39,107 nucleotides of DNA from a virus: the IMG/VR virus record IMGVR_UViG_3300045988_011822, one strand, 5' to 3'. Positions 9,446 through 18,646 of the stretch are shown one piece after another (position 1 is the stretch's first letter; each line of letters starts with the position of its first letter). The notes beneath the pieces are model-generated. The model searched no databases. It worked only from the letters and a program-made list of their open reading frames with translations, and was not told the origin of the DNA. The position numbers and the translations under genes were made by a program.

Positions 9446-9897
9446 CCCACTGTCCTGTCTAAATACGCTTGATATTCCTGCTCTGCTATCTTTTGCAGTT
9501 CTGCATCTGCCTCCCTGCCTGTTGCATATATGAACTCTTGTGGCGGTCTGTAAATCGTTCCCCAGTTAATAAAACGGACGTAGAAATGACCGCCCTCGTC
9601 CTGTGTGTTCTTTTCCCATCCGACATCTGCTGTCGCTCCCGTACCGTTCACCTTTACTTTCCCGATAGGGATTTCATCTGCTGCATGTGCGGACACTGAT
9701 GATTTTGAACCGAACCCTCGCCCACTTTTTTTGATGTCCTTTGACTTTGGGATTTTTCCGGACATGATTCTCTGTACAACTGGTTCTCCTTTTTCAGCGA
9801 TCGTTTTATTTACCTGTGCAATATCTTCATCCGATGCAGCACTTTCAAACGCTTTTACCAGTTCCTCCAGTCCTTTGAACTCAATGTCAATTTTCAT
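9442..9897 (-). CDS. HK97 gp10-like tail-completion/neck protein
   Basis: 151 aa. N-terminus MKIDIEFKGLEELVKAFESA is typical of the gp10 family as I recall it. Confidence 0.55.
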   Translation of the reverse strand: MKIDIEFKGLEELVKAFESAASDEDIAQVNKTIAEKGEPVVQRIMSGKIPKSKDIKKSGRGFGSKSSVSAHAADEIPIGKVKVNGTGATADVGWEKNTQDEGGHFYVRFINWGTIYRPPQEFIYATGREADAELQKIAEQEYQAYLDRTVG

Positions 9898-9909
9898 GTC
9901 CTCACCTCC

Positions 9910-9927
9910 GTGTCAGAATGTGACACC
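9910..9927. repeat. Inverted copy of the 18-nt palindromic element (GGTGTCAcattcTGACAC on the minus strand)
   Basis: Plus strand gtgtcagaatgtgacacc is the reverse complement of 16627-16644. Confidence 0.7.
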
Positions 9928-10244
9928 TATGCAACCGCACGACATTTCACAAACACCCATCCGTTATCTGTGAACATCGGTGATGCGTCATAGATGTCGA
10001 ATCGTGTTCCGTCATACTCTGCATAGAACTCTTTCATTTTCTTTCTGACCTCTTTCATCCGCTTGCAATTCCGAACCTTGAAAACAATGGTGTTCTCAAG
10101 ACCTGCTTGCAGTGCTGTGTATTTCTCATTTGTTCCCAAACTCTGAACATCGCACCAACACTCATAAAACACCTCTGTGGTCGGTTCTTTCCTGCCCTCC
10201 TTGATTTCTGTGGTCACTCTGATTATTTTCACCCGTCCGGTCAT
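9927..10244 (-). CDS. Head closure / head-tail joining protein
   Basis: 105 aa. Synteny, with a 4-nt overlap with the previous gene. Confidence 0.5.
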   Translation of the reverse strand: MTGRVKIIRVTTEIKEGRKEPTTEVFYECWCDVQSLGTNEKYTALQAGLENTIVFKVRNCKRMKEVRKKMKEFYAEYDGTRFDIYDASPMFTDNGWVFVKCRAVA

Positions 10245-10561
10245 TCACTGCTCCCTCCATACTTTTCATTGAGTAGCATGGTTGAGACCGCATTTGTGAG
10301 TTGCTGTGTACCGTTCTGATACTTCTCCCTGTGGTCATACAATTCCTTGACGAAAGAATATACAAGCAATCTCTGACGGGCGGTCAAATTGTATGGGTCG
10401 AAATTCGGAATCAGTTCCATCAATTCCTCTGATGCAATCGCCTCAACCATAGTCTCGACAATGTCCTTGTCGTCGTCATAGTCGATGTGATTGTATTTCA
10501 TGCAGTCCTCAACCAGTTTGTCTCTATACTCTTTCTTTTCCTCGTCCGTCATTTCATTCAC
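10241..10561 (-). CDS. Head-tail connector (gp6-like adaptor)
   Basis: 106 aa. Assigned by position and size, first gene after the capsid gene. Confidence 0.5.
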   Translation of the reverse strand: MNEMTDEEKKEYRDKLVEDCMKYNHIDYDDDKDIVETMVEAIASEELMELIPNFDPYNLTARQRLLVYSFVKELYDHREKYQNGTQQLTNAVSTMLLNEKYGGSSE

Positions 10562-10574
10562 CTGCTTTCAATCA

Positions 10575-10596
10575 CAGGGCGGGTGTTCCCGCCCTG
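10575..10596 (-). terminator. GC-rich stem-loop directly after the capsid gene (attenuator or partial terminator candidate)
   Basis: CAGGGCGGG-tgtt-CCCGCCCTG, a 9-bp stem with no clear U-tract. Confidence 0.4.
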
Positions 10597-10605
10597 CTGC
10601 ATTTC

Positions 10606-11973
10606 TTATCCCTGCACAACTTCCGTGATGTTGCCTTTGATGATTGCTCCATCATCAACAGGCTGCACGTCGAAACGGTCACGAACCTTGATTCCGGTCA
10701 TGTCTTTCTCCCACAAACCTGCTGCCTTGTCGTTCATGTCGATTGTGATGACATTTCTGTCAAATAATGTGATAGCCTCTTTTAAGTCGCCCATATACAC
10801 AGGATGCTTGTATGCGGACACCTTTGCATCGACTGTCGTTTCCTGCTCCTGTCCTTTGCAAGTTACAACATACTTTCCTTTCACGACTTTCCATGCTGTT
10901 ACGTCGGACGTTGCTGATGCGTCGATTGCTGTGGTTGTTCCGTCGATTGCTAATTTGCTACCGGAGATTGTGAACGCAGGTGAGTACACTGGTTCAGATT
11001 TCACAGTCCTGTTTGACACCTTGACAATCGGATATTTACCGAACAACATCATCTGTGTCGGCTGTGTAGGATTCGGTTGCAAAATGTACTTTCCATCCTT
11101 ATCCTTTAACTTGTCGAGGTAGTTGTACCCGTTCTGATTTGCGATGACCATTGCTCCGGTTGTGATAGCAGGGTCGAGACCCACGTTGAACACGTCCTTG
11201 AGGCTGTCGATTGTGGAAATCACAACCTCTTTTCCCTTTGTCATCTCGTTCGCAACCTTGAGAATCATCGCATTTCTTGTCGCCTTTGTTTTCTTGGCAA
11301 TCCATTTGTTGATGTATGCCATGACATTGGCTGCGGTGTCCTCAAACAGTTCTGCGGTGATTTTTAAGATGCCACCTTTTTTCTTGATTGCATACACAAT
11401 CTTTTTGAACTTCGGCTCATCCATGTCGGGGAAATCCGCCTCCTCGTCCACATTGTCGAACGGAGTGGAATCTGCATCGACCTCAATGTTTCGAGAACCG
11501 CTCTTTGTGGTCACTCCCTCCACATTGACATACTGCTCCAGATTGTCCTCTGAACGTCTTAACTCGATGATGTCTGTTCTGATGTCCTCCGGAACGGTGA
11601 CACCGATTCCCATTTCATCATCGTCTCCCTTTGTGGTGTCTGTGCTTAACGCATCCTTGTACACCTTGACATCTCCCTCGTCCGGTTCTCTCTTTAAGAA
11701 TCCGCACTTGACAATATTGACGAACGCTTTCACGAGGTTTTTCTTGTCTGCTTTTGCCCCGATGGTCTTTGCTGTTCCCGTCGCCACCTTGTCCTCGATC
11801 TCCTCATGTTCCTCCTCGTCCAAATCGAACAGGAGGTCAAACTTTTCCTGTAACTCTTTGAGTTCCTCTTTTGCCGCCTTTGCCTTGTCGAGTTTTCCAT
11901 CGTTCACAAGGCTCTTGACCTCATTCTTTTTGTCGTTGATTGCTTTCAACAGTTTCTGCATTTCCTTGTTCAT
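10606..11973 (-). CDS. Major capsid protein (HK97 fold) with an N-terminal coiled-coil delta domain
   Basis: 455 aa directly after the protease. The N-terminus is K/E-rich coiled coil. Confidence 0.85.
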   Translation of the reverse strand: MNKEMQKLLKAINDKKNEVKSLVNDGKLDKAKAAKEELKELQEKFDLLFDLDEEEHEEIEDKVATGTAKTIGAKADKKNLVKAFVNIVKCGFLKREPDEGDVKVYKDALSTDTTKGDDDEMGIGVTVPEDIRTDIIELRRSEDNLEQYVNVEGVTTKSGSRNIEVDADSTPFDNVDEEADFPDMDEPKFKKIVYAIKKKGGILKITAELFEDTAANVMAYINKWIAKKTKATRNAMILKVANEMTKGKEVVISTIDSLKDVFNVGLDPAITTGAMVIANQNGYNYLDKLKDKDGKYILQPNPTQPTQMMLFGKYPIVKVSNRTVKSEPVYSPAFTISGSKLAIDGTTTAIDASATSDVTAWKVVKGKYVVTCKGQEQETTVDAKVSAYKHPVYMGDLKEAITLFDRNVITIDMNDKAAGLWEKDMTGIKVRDRFDVQPVDDGAIIKGNITEVVQG

Positions 11974-11992
11974 GAATCATGTCCTCTCTTTC

Positions 11993-12820
11993 TTAAATTC
12001 CATACATGTCGAGGTCTGCAAGAATATCCTGCTTTTCTGCCTCGATTCTCTGTTTCTCTGCCTCTGCTGCTGCGTTGTTCCTGTTCTCCAGTTCCGCAAG
12101 CACCGCATCGACAATGTCCTTTGTGGCTGTTCCTTTGATGCTCTCCGGAACATGGTTGTATTTTTCAAAATAATCTGATGCACACGCTGCGACTGCTGCC
12201 TTTTCATCAATCAAAACGTCGAAATACTCTGCCAGTTCTGCACCGCTGAACCACTTTTCTTTCGCCATGAAAGACTTGATTTTGTCTCTCGTCACACCCT
12301 CTTTCAAGTGTTCCTCGTAAACGTCGAGAATTGAATCCTCGCATAAATCAAGTTGTTTGATGACCTCTTTGAAATCGTCTGCGTTGCCCCATGCCATACA
12401 TAAAGGCTTGTGAATCATCGCCTGTGCTCCTGTCGCAAAATGCAGTTCATCACATGCGAACATGATGACAGATGCGATTGACGCAGCCATTCCAACAACA
12501 TATCCGACTTTGTGTCCGGAGTATCGTTTCAACTGGTTATAGATTGCCAGTCCTGCGAATACATCACCGCCACCGGAATTGAAATAGATGTCGATGTCCT
12601 CATACCCATCCAACTGGTTGAGGAAATCTGCGATGTCCTGCGGGCATCTGTCCTCCTCGAACCACATGGATTCCCATGTTGCTGATACAATGTCACCGTA
12701 GAAATACAAGGAACATCTGCTCTGTTCCTCGTCCTGTTCCAAATCCAAATAGCCGACATTTTCAACTTTTCCGCTGCGTTTATTCTTTTTTGTGAAATCA
12801 AAACGTCTTTTCTTTGCCAT
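11993..12820 (-). CDS. ClpP-like (S14) prohead maturation protease
   Basis: IDIYFNSGGGDVFAGLAIYNQL...VVGMAASIASVIMFACD...AMIHKP. Confidence 0.85.
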   Translation of the reverse strand: MAKKRRFDFTKKNKRSGKVENVGYLDLEQDEEQSRCSLYFYGDIVSATWESMWFEEDRCPQDIADFLNQLDGYEDIDIYFNSGGGDVFAGLAIYNQLKRYSGHKVGYVVGMAASIASVIMFACDELHFATGAQAMIHKPLCMAWGNADDFKEVIKQLDLCEDSILDVYEEHLKEGVTRDKIKSFMAKEKWFSGAELAEYFDVLIDEKAAVAACASDYFEKYNHVPESIKGTATKDIVDAVLAELENRNNAAAEAEKQRIEAEKQDILADLDMYGI

Positions 12821-12822
12821 GA

Positions 12823-14253
12823 TTATTCACCTCCCTCCTGTTCTTCCTCGTCCTCTGCCTCGTCGGTTTCGTCCGGTTGTCCTGTTGTGTCCGGCTGCTC
12901 TGTGTCCGGCTCTGTTTCTTCCTCCGGTTGCTCCTGTTTTTCGGTCTCCTCTTGCTCGATTTGACCTTTCTGATATGCTGCTCCTGCCATTGTCAGCGGA
13001 ACGATGCTGCCATTTGCAAGTAAAGTGTCGCCACCCTCTCCATCGGGGAGGTCAAGTTTGCGTCGTGCCTCATTCGGTTTCATGATTGAGCCACTGACAC
13101 CGTTTTTCAGGTATTCCATTTGTGTCTTTGAATCTGTCCGGAAAAGAACTTTTTCATTGTATTTGTAATAAAAACCGTCATCCTGTTCCTCGTCCGTCAG
13201 CATTTTATAGTTGATTTCTTCCTCATACTGCTTGATGACGAACAGTTCTGTGTCAACGTAAAAAGACAACTGCTGCAACTCACTGTTCGCATAGGACGAC
13301 TTTGAATAGTCGTTGATTTGATTCGGTTTCACACCGAACGCTGCTGCGATCTGCAATGCAGTGTATTTTTTCAATTCAAAGAACTGTGAATCTGACAATT
13401 TGATGTCGAGTGGTGTCAGTTTCATCCCTAACGGTACGGGGATGATTTTTCCTGTGTTTCTCGCTCCGCTGCCGAAATCCTCAAACGATTTCACGAGTGC
13501 CTCTTTTGCTTTATCATTCAACTCTCCCGTGTATTCAAGCGTCGCTTTCGCTGTCAATCCGCTTTCATACAAGCTGTTCATGTACCTCTGTGATGCCGAT
13601 GCTCCGGAGATTGTGTCACGGAGAATCTGCTGCACTGGTAAACCCGTCACACCGTCAAAACTGAATGATGTTTTGAAGTGCATGACCTCACTCGTGTCAA
13701 ATACATACTGACTTCCGGATGTCGGGTCTGTGTAGACATACCACAAGCGTCCTTTTCCTGCGAATATGCCTGCATCATCCACAACAATCTGAACACAATT
13801 CGACTGCATCACCCACAGGTCAAGAATTTTGACCTCTCCTCCGTATTTCTTCCGGATGAATTTCTTTCTCATGTACACATAAGCGTTCCCGTAGTGATTG
13901 CGGTTGATTTCCACTGTGTTCCAAAATACCGTCGGTGTCATGAACGGGTTCGGTCTCTTGGTCAGCAGTCTCGACGTGTCCGTCTGTTCTGCCTCAATGA
14001 TTCCTTTGTCCGTTCTCTGATAATATTTGATAGGCATTTTCGCAAGAGTTTCCGACAGCATCTTGAGACATGTGAAATATGTCACCTCTGATGTTGTCTT
14101 TCTCCTCCTGCTCAAACCCATGCTCTCAAGGAATGACGGTGAGTTGAGCGTCATCACCCCGCCTGTCAGTTCCGTTGAATCACTGACCTCCGGTGCAGTT
14201 TCACCTTTCCACCAGTTCATCAAACTGTTTGCTATTTTTCTAAATGGGTTCAT
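12823..14253 (-). CDS. Portal protein (HK97-family-like) with an acidic C-terminal tail
   Basis: 476 aa between terL and the prohead protease, with a 4-nt overlap with terL. Confidence 0.85.
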   Translation of the reverse strand: MNPFRKIANSLMNWWKGETAPEVSDSTELTGGVMTLNSPSFLESMGLSRRRKTTSEVTYFTCLKMLSETLAKMPIKYYQRTDKGIIEAEQTDTSRLLTKRPNPFMTPTVFWNTVEINRNHYGNAYVYMRKKFIRKKYGGEVKILDLWVMQSNCVQIVVDDAGIFAGKGRLWYVYTDPTSGSQYVFDTSEVMHFKTSFSFDGVTGLPVQQILRDTISGASASQRYMNSLYESGLTAKATLEYTGELNDKAKEALVKSFEDFGSGARNTGKIIPVPLGMKLTPLDIKLSDSQFFELKKYTALQIAAAFGVKPNQINDYSKSSYANSELQQLSFYVDTELFVIKQYEEEINYKMLTDEEQDDGFYYKYNEKVLFRTDSKTQMEYLKNGVSGSIMKPNEARRKLDLPDGEGGDTLLANGSIVPLTMAGAAYQKGQIEQEETEKQEQPEEETEPDTEQPDTTGQPDETDEAEDEEEQEGGE

Positions 14254-16043
14254 TCTTTCTCACCGCCTTTCCCCATGTATTTCTCATACATTTCAAGCCA
14301 CTCATTCACAACCTCATTTGTGTCCGGCTTATACTCCTCTTTCATTGCTGCTTTCCATGCGTCGATGATTGCGTCAATCGGGTCGATTCTGTCTTCGTCG
14401 AGTGCCTTGTCGATTTTGATTTCACCGTAACTGTTCGAGATAGTCTTTGCATTTGCAATCGACCACGTCAGCAGTTCATCGAACGGAACAACCTTGCCTT
14501 TTCCGACTTCTGTTCCCTCAATCACGACGTTTCCTGCTTTTATCTCCAGTCTGAAATCAACTGTTGCGTCATTGAGTTCCTTTGCTGTCTGTGTAATTGC
14601 CACAGAATCAAATCCCAGTGCCTCAAGGTCTGACAGGAACGCAGATGCGTTGTGCGGGTCATAACACACAAGTTGAGGTTTCAAATCATTCTGTTTGATT
14701 AAATCCTCAAGGTACTTGATGATGTACTTGTAATCTGTCTTTATTCCTCCCAGTGTCTCCGTGACTGTCACGAGACCTTTTGAAATCCATACATCATACG
14801 GAACTTTGTCCGTCTTGATATGCTCGTCCACTCTGCTCGCAGGGATGAATGAATGAGTATGCACAAAATACTTTTTCACACCGTCAACCATGTACGGGAT
14901 GACGATTGCGATGGATGTCAAGTCGCCTCCGGACGACAGGTCAACTCCGACATAGCATTTTGAACCTCTGAAATCCTTGAGCGTTCGCAATGCAGCACAT
15001 CGTTTCCAGTCTTTAATGTCCTTGATGTACAGTGCGTTTGACCACTGCATCCACATGTTTAACTGCTTAACGAGGAAATCTCGCAAATCCTCCCCGCCCA
15101 TATCACGGGCAGTGTTCGCAATCGGAACGAGATTCTCCAGTGCATCCTCGTCATATTCGAGAATCGGGTTTGCTTTTATCCAGTTCTCTTTTTTGTATAG
15201 GTCATCCGCTGTGTCCAACTGTGCTATATACACGAACTGACTGTCGTTCTCAAACACACCTTTCAGCAGATTGCAGCAATACTCATATAACTTGTAGCAA
15301 GGCGATTTCAAATCGAACCCTGCTGTTGTTATGACGGAGATCAGTGCGGATTTTAATTTCTTAATACCGCCCTCAAGCAGTTTGTACATCTGATTTGTCT
15401 TGTGAGCGTGGTATTCGTCAACGATTCCCAAATATGCACGGTGTCCGTCCAGTGACTTGGTGTCTCCGGATAATGCCTTGATTTCCGAATGTGTACAGAG
15501 ACAATCTATCGTGTGATTATGCTCATGCACCTTGAACCACTCCGACAAATCCTCGTCGGAATTGATGAATTTTACAATTTCATCAAAAACAATGTTCGCT
15601 TGGTCTTGTTTTGTCGCAGTACAAAAGATTTTTCCGTATTTGTACCCGTCAAAATTGCCATAGTAACACGCTAAAATTCCGTTGATGAACGATTTTCCGT
15701 TCTGTCTGCCTAACTGCACATAGGACGTTCTGAACCGTCTGTGACCCTTTTCTTTCGTCCTCCACCCGTTCAATGACCCCAAAATGAAACACTGGAACGG
15801 GTACACTGTCACATTCTCCTGTTCGTCACCCTCTGCGATTGTTAATTCTTCCGCAAAATTGATGATTTCCTCGGACTTTTCAACGTCGAAATAGAATCTG
15901 TATGGTGCTGCTTTTGCTTTTTCAAGGTCGTCAAGATGCCTTTGACATGCCAGTTTGACATATTCACCTGCGACGATGACACCTGCAACGACATCAAGAG
16001 CGTATTGTGTGCAACGGTCGGTCACTGTTGCCCCTGCTGTCAT
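14250..16043 (-). CDS. terL: Terminase large subunit
   Basis: 597 aa. ATPase region ...VQLGRQNGKSF... followed by a nuclease-like C-terminal half. Flanked by terS and portal. Confidence 0.9.
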   Translation of the reverse strand: MTAGATVTDRCTQYALDVVAGVIVAGEYVKLACQRHLDDLEKAKAAPYRFYFDVEKSEEIINFAEELTIAEGDEQENVTVYPFQCFILGSLNGWRTKEKGHRRFRTSYVQLGRQNGKSFINGILACYYGNFDGYKYGKIFCTATKQDQANIVFDEIVKFINSDEDLSEWFKVHEHNHTIDCLCTHSEIKALSGDTKSLDGHRAYLGIVDEYHAHKTNQMYKLLEGGIKKLKSALISVITTAGFDLKSPCYKLYEYCCNLLKGVFENDSQFVYIAQLDTADDLYKKENWIKANPILEYDEDALENLVPIANTARDMGGEDLRDFLVKQLNMWMQWSNALYIKDIKDWKRCAALRTLKDFRGSKCYVGVDLSSGGDLTSIAIVIPYMVDGVKKYFVHTHSFIPASRVDEHIKTDKVPYDVWISKGLVTVTETLGGIKTDYKYIIKYLEDLIKQNDLKPQLVCYDPHNASAFLSDLEALGFDSVAITQTAKELNDATVDFRLEIKAGNVVIEGTEVGKGKVVPFDELLTWSIANAKTISNSYGEIKIDKALDEDRIDPIDAIIDAWKAAMKEEYKPDTNEVVNEWLEMYEKYMGKGGEKE

Positions 16044-16586
16044 TTATGAACTCGCATACTTGGCGAATTTGTTCTCCGGTTTTGTTTCCTTTACTTTCGG
16101 AACTACCAACCGACACCGACTGCTGACCGTCATTCCGAAATCCGATGCCCCCTGCCGACACTGTTTCATGCAGCGGTCTTGTATAATCATGAGACGCTCT
16201 CTCTCACCGTTCACAACCTCCCGTGTTCCGACCTGTACACGTTCCTTTTCTCCTGTGTCCGGATTCTCCTGCATCTCATAGACCGGAACATCTACCATCA
16301 ACGGAGTTTCTCTGATTTTGTCCGTTATCTCGATGTATTGGTCTTGTGCAATCAGTAATCTCGCCAGTGCATCACAATCCACATTCGCAATGAGTTTGAT
16401 TTCAAGCAATTCTTTTGACAATTTCCGGAATTTCTTTTTCTGTTCCGGTGTCAAATATGCCGGAGGCTTGACTTTGTCGTTTGGGGCGACCACCTCCGCA
16501 TTTTTTCTCGCCTCAATCTCTGCTTTTGTGAGGTGTTTTTTTCCTTTCATGACCACCAAATCGGTCGGTTGTCTCTGTCCTGCCAT
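16044..16586 (-). CDS. terS: Terminase small subunit (P27-family-like)
   Basis: 180 aa directly upstream of and abutting the large subunit. ...PPAYLTPEQKKKFRKLSKELLEIKLIANVDCDALARL is typical of P27-type TerS. Confidence 0.8.
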   Translation of the reverse strand: MAGQRQPTDLVVMKGKKHLTKAEIEARKNAEVVAPNDKVKPPAYLTPEQKKKFRKLSKELLEIKLIANVDCDALARLLIAQDQYIEITDKIRETPLMVDVPVYEMQENPDTGEKERVQVGTREVVNGERERLMIIQDRCMKQCRQGASDFGMTVSSRCRLVVPKVKETKPENKFAKYASS

Positions 16587-16626
16587 GCAGCATCAACCCC
16601 CTTTCCGTCCAGTGTTCACGAGTTTC

Positions 16627-16644
16627 GTGTCACATTCTGACACC
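16627..16644. repeat. 18-nt palindromic element GTGTCAcattcTGACACC (inverted copy at 9910-9927)
   Basis: Exact reverse-complement match between the two intergenic sites. Confidence 0.7.
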
Positions 16645-16650
16645 TTTTCG

Positions 16651-17337
16651 TCACTCCCCTGTGTCCTGATTTTCTCGTGGGGAGTTTTCTCCAAAGAAAA
16701 GAGGGGGTGCGACTAAGAAACGGTCACATAAAACTTTTTCATATCCCCCTGCCTCTTTGAAATGGTAATCAATCAGCGACCTCAACTGTGTCTGTGTTGC
16801 TTTCATGCTTGCATTGCTCTGTTTATATAGTGCTGTGATTGTGTTGTGTGTCCGATGGCTCAAGGGTATCAAGTTCAATGGGTTCAACCTCTGCTCCCAG
16901 TCCTCCTCAAGTTCTATGATGTGGTGGATGGGGTCTGAATCTTTCAGTGTTATCAACTGGTGTTCAACATACAGAGCATATATATCCACATACTCATACA
17001 CACTCATGATGACAGGTCTCAACTCCCGCCATTCCTTTGACAGATAGAACTCTGCTGCTCGTGGGTCTCTGCGTGTATTGTTATATGTCACATGCCTTGA
17101 CTGCTGCCTTGCCTCGCACTGCTCGCACATGGTCAATGCCTGTGGGATAAGGCGACCGCATCCCTTACATGCTTTCAATAACACACTGCTCACTCCTCTC
17201 TGTCCATCGGTCTCCTGCTGCCTCTCATGCCTTTCAAGAGGCGGGCATACATCGCACATGATAGTGTCCTGCTGCCCGCATATAACAGGAGGGCAAACAG
17301 GCAAGAAAAAAGCGACTGCATCTCTGCAATCGCTCAC
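16651..17337 (-). CDS. HNH endonuclease (packaging-associated). The start is uncertain (17337, 17259 or GTG 17184).
   Basis: CKGCGRLIP...CEQCE zinc-ribbon, then ...DPIHHIIELEEDWEQRLNPLNLIPLSHRTHNTITA (H-N-H). It lies next to the terminase small subunit. Confidence 0.75.
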   Translation of the reverse strand: MSDCRDAVAFFLPVCPPVICGQQDTIMCDVCPPLERHERQQETDGQRGVSSVLLKACKGCGRLIPQALTMCEQCEARQQSRHVTYNNTRRDPRAAEFYLSKEWRELRPVIMSVYEYVDIYALYVEHQLITLKDSDPIHHIIELEEDWEQRLNPLNLIPLSHRTHNTITALYKQSNASMKATQTQLRSLIDYHFKEAGGYEKVLCDRFLVAPPLFFGENSPRENQDTGE

Positions 17338-17355
17338 TCAACTGTTCACGTTATC

Positions 17356-17443
17356 ATATTAGCACGTTTATATTTGCTTTTGTTCACCCACTTTTTACCC
17401 CCGAAATCACCCTCATTTCACCCCGTTTTCACTCTCATTTCAC
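17356..17443 (-). promoter_or_regulatory. Candidate activator-dependent late promoter: two 15-bp direct repeats plus an extended -10
   Basis: Minus strand reads GTGAAATGAGaGTGA and GTGAAATGAGgGTGA (17443-17429 and 17421-17407, 22-bp period), then TGcTAATAT at 17364-17356. No good -35 is present. Confidence 0.35.
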
Positions 17444-17872
17444 TCCGATTTTGTCATTTTCGATTGCTTTTGCACCGAATAATTTGATTGAGAGACGTTC
17501 TGTCATTGATCTGCACCACTTTTTCGGTGAGTTCTTTCCGCATCCTGTCTCCCTCACAATATCCTCGTATGACTTGCCTTTGATATATACTGCCTCAAGT
17601 GCGTCGTACTTGTACCCCTCACCTGCTGCCTCTGCATCCTCTTTCAGCGATGCAAGAGCCTTTTTCATGTGCTCGAACAGAATGACCGTCTCTGCCTTAC
17701 ACTCTCTGATGGACTGGAGGAACGCTTTCTCTGCCGAAATGTTATATCTTGATACATCGTCAATCTGTGATACTTCCGAAATTGCATCCTTGATATATCG
17801 CTCTATTTCCCGATAATTCTCAAGATATACCTGTGTTTTCTGAATTGCTGTCATTTCTTTTTCTGTCTCCAC
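17435..17872 (-). CDS. Late-gene transcriptional activator candidate (ArpU/RinA-like, sigma-70 region-4-like HTH)
   Basis: It lies immediately upstream of the packaging genes. The C-terminal segment ALEAVYIKGKSYEDIVRETGCGKNSPKKWCRSMTERL resembles a region-4 HTH. Confidence 0.5.
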   Translation of the reverse strand: METEKEMTAIQKTQVYLENYREIERYIKDAISEVSQIDDVSRYNISAEKAFLQSIRECKAETVILFEHMKKALASLKEDAEAAGEGYKYDALEAVYIKGKSYEDIVRETGCGKNSPKKWCRSMTERLSIKLFGAKAIENDKIGVK

Positions 17873-18194
17873 GTCGTTTTCCTCCTTTTGACCTTTTCAG
17901 AGGCAATCCATGATATTTCCTCCAATTATTCGACTTTTCCTGCCTCCTCAGTCTGTATATGCTCTCAAATGCGGTCAATGCCTCTTTTGCACTGATTCCC
18001 ACTTTCAAAAGAGCATCTTGCAGGTTTTCTCCTCCTGCTGCCTTGATTTTCTCCGGATGCTCCGGAGATTCCGTCTTTTTCAAGACCGTTGCTGCCTCTG
18101 CTGCCTGTTCGATGATTTCAGACACCTCTTTCTCTGTCTTTCCCGCTGCCCGCAGTTTTGAAATGACGTTTTTCACCTTTTCCACGAATCCCAT
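17820..18194 (-). CDS. Hypothetical protein
   Basis: 124-aa ORF. Its basic C-terminus overlaps the next gene. Confidence 0.45.
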   Translation of the reverse strand: MGFVEKVKNVISKLRAAGKTEKEVSEIIEQAAEAATVLKKTESPEHPEKIKAAGGENLQDALLKVGISAKEALTAFESIYRLRRQEKSNNWRKYHGLPLKRSKGGKRRGDRKRNDSNSENTGIS

Positions 18195-18214
18195 GTTTCC
18201 ATCCTCCTCCGCAC

Positions 18215-18646
18215 CTAATTGAAAGGGAGTTCTTCGTCGATTCCGTCCGGAATATTCATAAAACCGTCACCTGCATCCGAATACCCTCCGTTGTTCCCGT
18301 CCTGCTGCCCTGCTGCTTTCTTACTCTCCGCAAATTCCTGTTCCTCGACAATCACGTCTGTGGTATAGACCTTTTGACCGTCTCTGTTCGTATATGACCC
18401 CGTCTGAATCCGTCCAGTGACAACCACTTTCGTTCCCTGCTTGAGATATTTTTCTGCGAACTCTCCATCTCGTCCAAACGCAACACAGGAAATGAAATCC
18501 GCTGACTGCTGCCCGTCTTTTGCTCCTCTGCGGTCAACCGCAAGTGTGTATCGTGCGATCGCCATTTCCTCCTGTGAATTATTCCTCGGTGAATATCTGA
18601 CATTCGGGTCTCTCGTGAGACGACCCATCAAAATGACCTTGTTCAT
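18215..18646 (-). CDS. ssb: Single-stranded DNA-binding protein
   Basis: OB-fold N-terminus MNKVILMGRLTRDP...VVVTGRIQTGSYTNRDGQKVYTTDVIVEE, a Gly/Gln-rich linker and an acidic tip DEELPF. Confidence 0.9.
   Translation of the reverse strand: MNKVILMGRLTRDPNVRYSPRNNSQEEMAIARYTLAVDRRGAKDGQQSADFISCVAFGRDGEFAEKYLKQGTKVVVTGRIQTGSYTNRDGQKVYTTDVIVEEQEFAESKKAAGQQDGNNGGYSDAGDGFMNIPDGIDEELPFN

Noticed and set aside
10575-10596. Hairpin after the capsid gene as something unusual
   Set aside because: A stem-loop after the major capsid gene is a common way to adjust structural-protein stoichiometry. It is recorded as a feature only.
11144-12178. 344-aa plus-strand ORF, and many other long plus-strand ORFs (for example 10487-11122, 862-1341, 5356-5877, 20545-21096, 26842-27519, 35558-36184)
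   Set aside because: These are antisense shadow ORFs opposite well-supported minus-strand genes. Their composition is Ser/Phe/Leu/Cys-rich and low in complexity, and they have no RBS.
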